A stretch of DNA of 64,000 nucleotides, taken from NCBI RefSeq assembly GCF_009914755.1, contig NC_060933.1; one strand, 5' to 3'. Shown here piece by piece: positions 1 through 11,792 of this stretch; position 1 is the stretch's first letter, and every line of letters starts with the position of its first letter. Both the position numbers and the translations under genes were made by a program. The DNA is from the human T2T-CHM13v2.0 reference genome, Homo sapiens. The notes under the pieces were generated by a model that was not told the DNA's origin, did no database searches, and saw only the letters and a list, made by a program, of their open reading frames with translations.

Positions 1-8
1 TTAGAAGG

Positions 9-25
9 TTTCGTTGGAAACGGGA
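9..25 (+). other. CENP-B box (representative; m3-type monomer)
   Basis: TTTCGTTGGAAACGGGA matches the core nTTCGnnnnAnnCGGGn; recurs in m3 of most tetramers. Confidence 0.95.
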
Positions 26-224
26 ATATCTTCATATAAAATCTAGACGGAAGCATTCTCAGAAACTGCTTTGTGATGTTTTCATTCAAGTCACAGAGTA
101 GAATGTTCCCTGTTATATACCAGGTTTAAGACACTCTTTCTGCACTACCTGGAAGTGGACGTTTGGAGCGCTTTGAGGCCTATGTTGAAAAAGGAAATAT
201 CTTCCCATAAAAACTAGACAGAAG

Positions 225-2608
225 CATTCTCAGAAACTTGTTTGTGATGTGTGTATTCAACTAACAGAGATGAACCTTTCTTTTTACAGAGCAGTTTTGA
301 AACACTCTTTTTGTGGAATCTGAAAGTGGATATTTGGATAGCTTTGAGGATTTCGTTGGAAACGGGATTACATATAAAATCTAGGGAGAAGCATTCTCAG
401 GAACTTCTTTGTGATGTTTGCATTCAAGTCACAGAACTGAACATTCCCTTTCATAGAGCAGGTTTGAAACACTCTTTCTGTAGTATCTGCAAGTGGACGT
501 TTCAAGCGCTTTCAGGCCTGTGGTGAAAAAGGAAATATCTTCAAATAAAAACTAGACAGAAGCATTCTCAGAAACTTATTTGCGATGTGTGTTCTCAGCT
601 AACAGAGTTGAACCTTTGTTTTGATACAGCATTTTGGAAACACTCTTTTTGTAGGATCTGCAGGTGGATATTTGGATAGCTTTGAAGGTTTCTTTGGAAA
701 CGGGAATATCTTCATATAAAATCAAGACAGAAGCATTCTCAGAAACTTCTCTGTGATGTTTGCATTCAACTCATAGAGTTGAACACTTCCTTTCATAGAG
801 CTGGTTTGAAATACTCTTTTTGTAATATTTGGAAGTGGACATTGGCAGCGCTTTGAAGCCTATGGTGAAAAAGGAGATATCTTCTCCTAAAAACCAGACA
901 GAAGCATTCTCAGAATCTTTCTTGTGATGTGTGTACTCAAGTAACAGAGGTGAACCTTCATTTTGACAGAGCAGTTTTGAAGCACTCTTTTTGTAGAATC
1001 TGCAAGTGGATATTTTGATACCTTTGAGGATTTCGTTAGACACGGGATATCTTCATACAAAATCTAGACAGAAGCATTCTCAGAAACTTCTTTGTGCTGT
1101 ATGTCCTCAATTAACAGAGTTGAACCTTTGTGTGGATACAGCATTTTGGAAACATTCCTTTAGTAGAATCTGCAAGTTGATATTTAGATAGCTAGGAAGA
1201 CTTCCTTGGAAACGGGAATATCTTCATATAAAATCTAGACGGAAGCATTCTCAGAAAGTGCTTTGTGATGTTTGCATTCAAGTCACAGAGTTGAATATTC
1301 CCTTTTATAGAGCAGGTTTGAAACACTCTTTCTGCACTACCTGGAAGTGGACATTTGGAGCGCTTTGAGGCCTATGTTGAAAAAGGAAATATCTTCCCAT
1401 AAAAACTAGACAGAAGCATTCTCAGAAACTTGTTTGTGATGTGTGTATTCAACTAACAGAGATGAACCTTTCTTTTTACAGAGCAGTTTTGAAACACTCT
1501 TTTTGTGGAATCTGAAAGTGGATATTTGGATAGCTTTGAGGATTTCGTTGGAAACGGGATTACATATAAAATCTAGGGAGAAGCATTCTCAGGAACTTCT
1601 TTGTGATGTTTGCATTCAAGTCACAGAACTGAACATTCCCTTTCATAGAGCAGGTTTGAAACACTCTTTCTGTAGTATCTGCAAGTGAACGTTTCAAGCG
1701 CTTTCAGGCCTGTGGTGAAAAAGGAAATATCTTCAAATAAAAACTAGACAGAAGCATTCTCAGAAACTTATTTGCGATGTGTGTTCTCAGCTAACAGAGT
1801 TGAACCTTTGTTTTGATACAGCATTTTGGAAACACTCTTTTTGTAGGATCTGCAGGTGGATATTTGGATAGCTTTGAAGGTTTCTTTGGAAACGGGAATA
1901 TCTTCATATAAAATCAAGACAGAAGCATTCTCAGAAACTTCTCTGTGATGTTTGCATTCAACTCATAGAGTTGAACCCTTCCTTTCATAGAGCTGGTTTG
2001 AAATACTCTTTTTGTAATATTTGGAAGTGGACATTGGCAGCGCTTTGAAGCCTATGGTGAAAAAGGAGATATCTTCTCCTAAAAACCAGACAGAAGCATT
2101 CTCAGAATCTTTCTTGTGATGTGTGTACTCAAGTAACAGAGTTGAACCTTCATTTTGACAGAGCAGTTTTGAAGCACTCTTTTTGTAGAATCTGCAAGTG
2201 GATATTTTGATACCTTTGAGGATTTCGTTAGACACTGGATATCTTCATATAAAATCTAGACAGAAGCATTCTCAGAAACTTCTTTGTGCTGTATGTCCTC
2301 AATTAACAGAGTTGAACCTTTGTGTGGATACAGCATTTTGGAAACATTCCTTTAGTAGAATCTGCAAGTTGATATTTAGATAGCTAGGAAGATTTCCTTG
2401 GAAACGGGAATATCTTCATATAAAATCTAGACGGAAGCATTCTCAGAAAGTGCTTTGTGATGTTTGCATTCAAGTCACAGAGTTGAGTATTCCCTTTTAT
2501 AGAGCAGGTTTGAAACACTCTTTCTGCACTACCTGGAAGTGTACATTTGGAGCGCTTTGAGGCCTATGTTGAAAAAGGAAATATCTTCCCATAAAAACTA
2601 GACAGAAG
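225..2608 (+). repeat. Two tandem 7-mer HORs (1192 bp each) of divergent 'D' type
   Basis: Marker ORFs recur at 251/1443/2635 and 1006/2198 (period 1192). Diagnostic variants: GTTCTCAGCT, TGTAGGATCT, GGTTTCTTTGG, GAGCTGG, ACATTGGCAG, AAAAGGAGAT, TTCGTTAGACAC. Confidence 0.93.
351..367 (+). other. CENP-B box (representative; m1-type monomer)
   Basis: TTTCGTTGGAAACGGGA followed by TTACATATA; recurs in m1 of most tetramers. Confidence 0.95.
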
Positions 2609-5600
2609 CATTCTCAGAAACTTGTTTGTGATGTGTGTATTCAACTAACAGAGATGAACCTTTCTTTTTACAGAGCAGTTTTGAAACACTCTTTTTGTGG
2701 AATCTGAAAGTGGATATTTGGATAGCTTTGAGGATTTCGTTGGAAACGGGATTACATATAAAACCTAGAGAGAAGCATTCTCAGGAACTGCTTTGTGATG
2801 TTTGCATTCAAGTCACAGAACTGAACATTCCCTTTCATATAGCAGGTTTGAAACACTCTTTCTGTAGTATCTGCAAGCTGACGTTTCAAGCGCTTTCAGG
2901 CCTATGGTGAGAAAGGAAATATCTTCAAGTAAAAACTAGACAGAAGCATTCTCAGAAACTTATTTGCGATGTGTGTTCTCAACTAACAGAGTTGAACGTT
3001 TGTTTTGATACGGCATTTTGGAAACACTCTTTTTGTAGAATCTGCAGGTGGATATTCGGATAGCTTTGAAGGTTTCGTTGGAAACGGGAATATCTTCATA
3101 TAAAATCTAGACGGAAGCATTCTCAGAAACTGCTTTGTGATGTTTTCATTCAAGTCACAGAGTAGAATGTTCCCTGTTATATACCAGGTTTGAGACACTA
3201 TTTCTGCACTACCTGGAAGTGGACATTTGGAGCGCTTTGAGGCCTATGATGAAAAAGGAAATATCTTCCCATAAAAACTAGACAGAAGCATTCTCAGAAA
3301 CTTGTTTGTGATGTGTGTATTCAACTAACAGAGATGAACCTTTCTTTTTACAGAGCAGTTTTGAAACACTCTTTTTGTGGAATCTGAAAGTGGATATTTG
3401 GATAGCTTTGAGGATTTCGTTGGAAACGGGATTACATATAAATTCTAGAGAGAAGCATTCTCAGGAACTTCTTTGTGATGTTTGCATTCACGTCACGGAA
3501 CTGAACATTCCCTTTCATAGAGCATGTTTGAAACACTCTTTCTGTAGTATCTACAAACGGACATTTCAAACGCTTTCAGGCCTATGGTGAGAAAGGAAAT
3601 ATCTTCAAATAAAAACTAGACAGAAGCATTCTCAGAAACTTATTTGCGATGTGTGTCCTCAACTAACAGAGTTGAACCTTTCTTTTGATACAACATTTTG
3701 GAAACACTCTTTTTGTAGAATCTGCAAGTGGATATTTGGATAGCTTTGAAGGTTTCGTTGGAAACGGGAATATCTTCATATAAAATCAAGACAGAAGCAT
3801 TCTCAGAAACTTCTCTGTGATGTTTGCATTCAACTCATAGAGTTGAACACTTCCCTTCATACAGCAGGTTTGAAACACTCTTTTTCTAATATTTGGAAGT
3901 GGACATTTGCAGCGCTTTGAGGCCTATGTTGAAAAAGGAAATATCTTCTCCTAAAAACCAGACAGAAGCATTCTCAGAAAATTCCTTGTGATGTGTGTAC
4001 TCAAGTAACAGAGTTGAACCTTCCTTTTGACAGAGCAGTTTTGAAGCACTCTTTTTGTAGAATCTGCAAGTGGATATTTTGATACCTCTGAGGATATCGT
4101 TGGAAACGGGATTACATATAAAACCTAGAGAGAAGCATTCTCAGGAACTTCTTTGTGATGTTGGCCTTCAAGTCACAGGACTGAACATTCCCTTTCATAG
4201 AGCAGGTTTGAAACACTCTTTCTGTAGTATCTGCAAGCTGATGTTTCAAGCGCTTTCAGGCCCATGGTGAGAAAGGAAATATCTTCAAGTAAAAACTAGA
4301 CAGAAGCATTCTCAGAAACTTATTTGCCATGTGTGTTCTCAACTAACAGAGTTGAACCTTTGTTTTGATACGGCATTTTGGAAACACTCTTTTTGTAGAA
4401 TCTGCAGGTGGATATTCGGATAGCTTTGAAGGTTTCGTTGGAAACGGGAATATCTTCATATAAAATCTAGACGGAAGCATTCTCAGAAACTGCTTTGTGA
4501 TGTTTTCATTCAAGTCACAGAGTAGAATGTTCCCTGTTATATACCAGGTTTGAGACACTCTTTCTGCACTACCTGGAAGTGGACGTTTGGAGCGCTTTGA
4601 GGCCTATGTTGAAAAAGGAAATATCTTCCCATAAAAACTAGACAGAAGCATTCTCAGAAACTTGTTTGTGATGTGTGTATTCAACTAACAGAGATGAACC
4701 TTTCTTTTTACAGAGCAGTTTTGAAACACTCTTTTTGTGGAATCTGAAAGTGGATATTTGGATAGCTTTGAGGATTTCGTTGGAAACGGGATTACATATA
4801 AATTCTAGAGAGAAGCATTCTCAGGAACTTCTTTGTGATGTTTGCATTCACGTCACGGAACTGAACATGCCCTTTCATAGAGCATGTTTGAAACACTCTT
4901 TCTGTAGTATCTGCAAACGGACATTTCAAACGCTTTCAGGCCTATGGTGAGAAAGGAAATATCTTCAAATAAAAACTAGACAGAAGCATTCTCAGAAACT
5001 TATTTGCGATGTGTGTCCTCAACTAACAGAGTTGAACCTTTCTTTTGATACAACATTTTGGAAACACTCTTTTTGTAGAATCTGCAAGTGGATATTTGGA
5101 TAGCTTTGAAGGTTTCGTTGGAAACGGGAATATCTTCATATAAAATCAAGACAGAAGCATTCTCAGAAACTTCTCTGTGATGTTTGCATTCAACTCATAG
5201 AGTTGAACACTTCCCTTCATACAGCAGGTTTGAAACACTCTTTTTCTAATATTTGGAAGTGGACATTTGCAGCGCTTTGAGGCCTATGTTGAAAAAGGAA
5301 ATATCTTCTCCTAAAAACCAGACAGAAGCATTCTCAGAAAATTCCTTGTGATGTGTGTACTCAAGTAACAGAGTTGAACCTTCCTTTTGACAGAGCAGTT
5401 TTGAAGCACTCTTTTTGTAGAATCTGCAAGTGGATATTTTGATACCTCTGAGGATATCGTTGGAAACGGGATTACATATAAAACCTAGAGAGAAGCATTC
5501 TCAGGAACTTCTTTGTGATGTTGGCCTTCAAGTCACAGGACTGAACATTCCCTTTCATAGAGCAGGTTTGAAACACTCTTTCTGTAGTATCTGCAAGCTG

Positions 5601-7200
5601 ATGTTTCAAGCGCTTTCAGGCCCATGGTGAGAAAGGAAATATCTTCAAGTAAAAACTAGACAGAAGCATTCTCAGAAACTTATTTGCCATGTGTGTTCTC
5701 AACTAACAGAGTTGAACCTTTGTTTTGATACGGCATTTTGGAAACACTCTTTTTGTAGAATCTGCAGGTGGATATTCGGATAGCTTTGAAGGTTTCGTTG
5801 GAAACGGGAATATCTTCATATAAAATCTAGACGGAAGCATTCTCAGAAACTGCTTTGTGATGTTTTCATTCAAGTCACAGAGTAGAATGTTCCCTGTTAT
5901 ATACCAGGTTTGAGACACTCTTTCTGCACTACCTGGAAGTGGACGTTTGGAGCGCTTTGAGGCCTATGTTGAAAAAGGAAATATCTTCCCATAAAAACTA
6001 GACAGAAGCATTCTCAGAAACTTGTTTGTGATGTGTGTATTCAACTAACAGAGATGAACCTTTCTTTTTACAGAGCAGTTTTGAAACACTCTTTTTGTGG
6101 AATCTGAAAGTGGATATTTGGATAGCTTTGAGGATTTCGTTGGAAACGGGATTACATATAAAATCTAGAGAGAAGCATTCTCAGGAACTTCTTTGTGATG
6201 TTTGCATTCAAGTCACAGAACTGAACATTCCCTTTCATAGAGCAGGTTTGAAACACTCTTTCTGTAGTATCTGCAAGTGGACGTTTCAAGCGCTTTCAGG
6301 CCTGTGGTGAAAAAGGAAATATCTTCAAATAAAAACTAGACAGAAGCATTCTCAGAAACTTATTTGCGATGTGTGTTCTCAGCTAACAGAGTTGAACCTT
6401 TGTTTTGATACAGCATTTTGGAAACACTCTTTTTGTAGGATCTGCAGGTGGATATTTGGATAGCTTTGAAGGTTTCTTTGGAAACGGGAATATCTTCATA
6501 TAAAATCAAGACAGAAGCATTCTCAGAAACTTCTCTGTGATGTTTGCATTCAACTCATAGAGTTGAACACTTCCTTTCATAGAGCTGGTTTGAAATTCTC
6601 TTTTTGTAATATTTGGAAGTGGACATTGGCAGCGCTTTGAAGCCTATGGTGAAAAAGGAGATATCTTCTCCTAAAAACCAGACAGAAGCATTCTCAGAAT
6701 CTTTCTTGTGATGTGTGTACTCAAGTAACAGAGGTGAACCTTCATTTTGACAGAGCAGTTTTGAAGCACTCTTTTTGTAGAATCTGCAAGTGGATATTTT
6801 GATATCTTTGAGGATTTCGTTAGACACGGGATATCTTCATATAAAATCTAGACAGAAGCATTCTCAGAAACTTCTTTGTGCTGTATGTCCTCAATTAACA
6901 GAGTTGAACCTTTGTGTGGATACAGCATTTTGGAAAAATTCCTTTAGTAGAATCTGCAAGTTGATATTTAGATAGCTAGGAAGATTTCCTTGGAAACGGG
7001 AATATCTTCATATAAAATCTAGACGGAAGCATTCTCAGAAAGTGCTTTGTGATGTTTGCATTCAAGTCACAGAGTTGAATATTCCGTTTTACAGAGCAGG
7101 TTTGAAACACTCTTTCTGCACTACCTGGAAGTGGACATTTGGAGCGCTTTGAGGCCTATGTTGAAAAAGGAAATATCTTCCCATAAAAACTAGACAGAAG
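2609..7200 (+). repeat. 27-mer HOR variant (4592 bp): A, B, hybrid-A, B, hybrid-A, D + trimer
   Basis: Trimer marker ORF at 2198 next occurs at 6790 (4592 = 6x680+512); tetramer subtypes read from diagnostic bases. Confidence 0.88.
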
Positions 7201-10200
7201 CATTCTCAGAAACTTGTTTGTGATGTGTGTATTCAACTAACAGAGATGAACCTTTCTTTTTACAGAGCAGTTTTGAAACACTCTTTTTGTGGAATCTGAA
7301 AGTGGATATTTGGATAGCTTTGAGGATTTCGTTGGAAACGGGATTACATATAAAACCTAGAGAGAAGCATTCTCAGGAACTTCTTTGTGATGTTTGCATT
7401 CAAGTCACAGGACTGAACATTCCCTTTCATAGAGCAGGTTTGAAACACTCTTTCTGTAGTATCTGCAAGCTGACGTTTCAAGCGCTTTCAGGCCTATGGT
7501 GAGAAAGGAAATATCTTCAAGTAAAAACTAGACAGAAGCATTCTCAGAAACTTATTTGCCATGTGTGTTCTCAACTAACAGAGTTGAACCTTTGTTTTGA
7601 TACGGCATTTTGGAAACACTCTTTTTGTAGCATCTGCAGGTGGATATTCGGATAGCTTTGAAGGTTTCGTTGGAAACGGGAATATCTTCATATAAAATCT
7701 AGACGGAAGCATTCTCAGAAACTGCTTTGTGATGTTTTCATTCAAGTCACAGAGTAGAATGTTCCCTGTTATATACCAGGTTTGAGACACTCTTTCTGCA
7801 CTACCTGGAAGTGGACGTTTGGAGCGCTTTGAGGCCTATGTTGAAAAAGGAAATATCTTCCCATAAAAACTAGACAGAAGCATTCTCAGAAACTTGTTTG
7901 TGATGTGTGTATTCAACTAACAGAGATGAACCTTTCTTTTTACAGAGCAGTTTTGAAATACTCTTTTTGTGGAATCTGAAAGTGGATATTTGGATAGCTT
8001 TGAGGATTTCGTTGGAAACGGGATTACATATAAAACCTAGAGAGAAGCATTCTCAGGAACTGCTTTGTGATGTTTGCATTCAAGTCACAGAACTGAACAT
8101 TCCCTTTCATAGAGCAGGTTTGAAACACTCTTTCTGTAGTATCTGCAAGCTGACGTTTCAAGCGCTTTCAGGCCTATGGTGAGAAAGGAAATATCTTCAA
8201 GTAAAAACTAGACAGAAGCATTCTCAGAAACTTATTTGCGATGTGTGTTCTCAACTAACAGAGTTGAACCTTTGTTTTGATATGGCATTTTGGAAACACT
8301 CTTTTTGTAGAATCTGCAGGTGGATATTCGGAAAGCTTTGAAGGTTTCCTTGGAAACGGGAATATCTTCATATAAAATCTAGACGGAAGCATTCTCAGAA
8401 ACTGCTTTGTGATGTTTTCATTCAAGTCACAGGGTAGAATGTTCCCTGTTATATACCAGGTTTGAGACACTCTTTCTGCACTACCTGGAAGTGGACATTT
8501 GCAGCGCTTTGAGGCCTATGATGAAAAAGGAAATATCTTCCCATAAAAACTAGACAGAAGCATTCTCAGAAACTTGTTTGTGATGTGTGTATTCAACTAA
8601 CAGAGATGAACCTTTCTTTTTACAGAGCAGTTTTGAAACACTCTTTTTGTGGAATCTGAAAGTGGATATTTGGATAGCTTTGAGGATTTCGTTGGAAACG
8701 GGATTACATATAAAATCTAGAGAGAAGCATTCTCAGGAACTTCTTTGTGATGTTTGCATTCACGTCACAGAACTGAACATTCCCTTTCATAGAGCATGTT
8801 TGAAACACTCTTTCTGTAGTATCTGCAAACGGACATTTCAAACGCTTTCAGGCCTATGGTGAGAAAGGAAATATCTTCAAATAAAAACTAGACAGAAGCA
8901 TTCTCAGAAACTTATTTGCGATGTGTGTCCTCAACTAACAGAGTTGAACCTTTCTTTTGATACAACATTTTGGAAACACTCTTTTTGTAGAATCTGCAAG
9001 TGGATATTTGAATAGCTTTGAAGGTTTCGTTGGAAACGGGAATATCTTCATATAAAATCAAGACAGAAGCATTCTCAGAAACTTCTCTGTGATGTTTGCA
9101 TTCAACTCATAGAGTTGAACACTTCCCTTCATACAGCAGGTTTGAAACACTCTTTTTGTAATATTTGGAAGTGGACATTTGCAGCGCTTTGAGGCCTATG
9201 TTGAAAAAGGAAATATCTTCTCCTAAAAACCAGACAGAAGCATTCTCAGAAACTTCCTTGTGATGTGTGTACTCAAGTAACAGAGTTGAACCTTCCTTTT
9301 TACAGAGCAGTTTTGAAACACTCTTTTTGTGGAATCTGAAAGTGGATATTTGGATAGCTTTGCGGATTTCGTTGGAAACGGGATTACATATAAAATCTAG
9401 GGAGAAGCATTCTCAGGAACTTCTTTGTGATGTTTGCATTCAAGTCACAGAACTGAACATTCCCTTTCATAGAGCAGGTTTGAAACACTCTTTCTGTAGT
9501 ATCTGCAAGCGGACGTTTTAAGCGCTTTCAGGCCTGTGGTGAGAAAGGAAATATCTTCAAATAAAAACTAGACAGAAGCATTCCCAGAAACTTATTTGCG
9601 ATGTGTGTCCTCAACTAACAGAGTTGAACCTTTCTTTTGATACAACATTTTGGAAACACTCTTTTTGTAGAATCTGCAAGTGGATATTTGGATAGCTTTG
9701 AAGGTTTCGTTGGAAACGGGAATATCTTCATATGAAATCAAGACAGAAGCATTCTCAGAAACTTCTCTGTGATGTTTGCATTCAACTCATAGAGTTGAAC
9801 ACTTCCCTTCATACAGCAGGTTTGAAACACTCTTTTTCTAATATTTGGAAGTGGACATTTGCAGCGCTTTGAGGCCTATGTTGAAAAAGGAAATATCTTC
9901 TCCTAAAAACCAGACAGAAGCATTCTCAGAAACTTCCTTGTGATGTGTGTACTCAAGTAACAGAGTTGAACCTTCCTTTTGACAGAGCAGTTTTGAAGCA
10001 CTCTTTTTGTAGAATCTGCAAGTGGATATTTTGATACCTCTGAGGATTTCGTTGGAAACGGGATTACATATAAAACCTAGAGAGAAGCATTCTCAGGAAC
10101 TTCTTTGTGATGTTGGCCTTCAAGTCACAGGACTGAACATTCCCTTTCATAGAGCAGGTTTGAAACACTCTTTCTGTAGTATCTGCAAGCTGACGTTTCA

Positions 10201-11792
10201 AGCGCTTTCAGGCCTATGGTGAGAAAGGAAATATCTTCAAGTAAAAACTAGACAGAAGCATTCTCAGAAACTTATTTGCCATGTGTGTTCTCAACTAACA
10301 GAGTTGAACCTTTGTTTTGATACGGCATTTTGGAAACACTCTTTTTGTAGAATCTGCAGGTGGATATTCGGATAGCTTTGAAGGTTTCGTTGGAAACGGG
10401 AATATCTTCATATAAAATCTAGACGGAAGCATTCTCAGAAACTGCTTTGTGATGTTTTCATTCAAGTCACAGAGTAGAATGTTCGCTGTTATATACCAGG
10501 TTTGAGACACTCTTTCTGCACTACCTGGAAGTGGACGTTTGAAGCGCTTTGAGCCCTATGTTGAAAAAGGAAATATCTTCCCATAAAAACTAGACAGAAG
10601 CATTCTCAGAAACTTGTTTGTGATGTGTGTATTCAACTAACAGAGATGAACCTTTCTTTTTACAGAACAGTTTTGAAACACTCTTTTTGTGGAATCTGAA
10701 AGTGGATATTTGGAGAGCTTTGAGGATTTCGTTGGAAACGGGATTACATATAAAATCTAGAGAGAAGCATTCTCAGGAACTTCTTTGTGATGTTTGCATT
10801 CAAGTCACAGAACTGAACATTCCCTTTCATAGAGCATGTTTGAAACACTCTTTCTGTAGTATCTGCAAACGGCCATTTCAAACGCTTTCAGGCCTATGGT
10901 GAGAAAGGAAATATCTTCAAATAAAAACTAGACAGAAGCATTCTCAGAAACTTATTTGCGATGTGTGTCCTCAACTAACAGAGTTGAACCTTTGTTTTGA
11001 TACAGCATTTTGGAAACACTCTTTTTGTAGGATCTGCAGGTGGATATTTGGATAGCTTTGAAGGTTTCTTTGGAAACGGGAATATCTTCATATAAAATCA
11101 AGACAGAAGCATTCTCAGAAACTTCTCTGTGATGTTTGCATTCAACTCATAGAGTTGAACACTTCCTTTCATAGAGCTGGTTTGAAATTCTCTTTTTGTA
11201 ATATTTGGAAGTGGACATTGGCAGCGCTTTGAAGCCTATGGTGAAAAAGGAGATATCTTCTCCTAAAAACCAGACAGAAGCATTCTCAGAATCTTTCTTG
11301 TGATGTGTGTACTCAAGTAACAGAGGTGAACCTTCATTTTGACAGAGCAGTTTTGAAGCACTCTTTTTGTAGAATCTGCAAGTGGATATTTTGATACCTT
11401 TGAGGATTTCGTTAGACACGGGATATCTTCATATAAAATCTAGACAGAAGCATTCTCAGAAACTTCTTTGTGCTGTATGTCCTCAATTAACAGAGTTGAA
11501 CCTTTGTGTGGATACAGCATTTTGGAAAAATTCCTTTAGTAGAATCTGCAAGTTGATATTTAGATAGCTAGGAAGATTTCCTTGGAAACGGGAATATCTT
11601 CATATAAAATCTAGACGGAAGCATTCTCAGAAAGTGCTTTGTGATGTTTGCATTCAAGTCACAGAGTTGAATATTCCGTTTTATAGGGCAGGTTTGAAAC
11701 ACTCTTTCTGCACTACCTGGAAGTGGACATTTGGAGCGCTTTGAGGCCTATGTTGAAAAAGGAAATATCTTCCCATAAAAACTAGACAGAAG
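7201..11792 (+). repeat. 27-mer HOR variant (4592 bp): A, A', B, C(hybrid m1), hybrid-A, B/D chimera + D-type trimer
   Basis: Trimer marker 6790 to 11382 = 4592; tetramer starts every 680 bp (ORFs 7227, 7907, 8587, 9267, 10627). Confidence 0.88.

Noticed and set aside
499-516. Short dyad symmetries (e.g. TCAAGCGCTTT, AGGCCT, TCTAGA) as terminators or regulatory hairpins
   Set aside because: These are standard short palindromes of alpha-satellite monomers, too short and ubiquitous to support a specific call.
8345-8361. Isolated broken CENP-B box TTTCCTTGGAAACGGGA in an A' m3 monomer
   Set aside because: It is a single sporadic substitution with no evidence of amplification or function.
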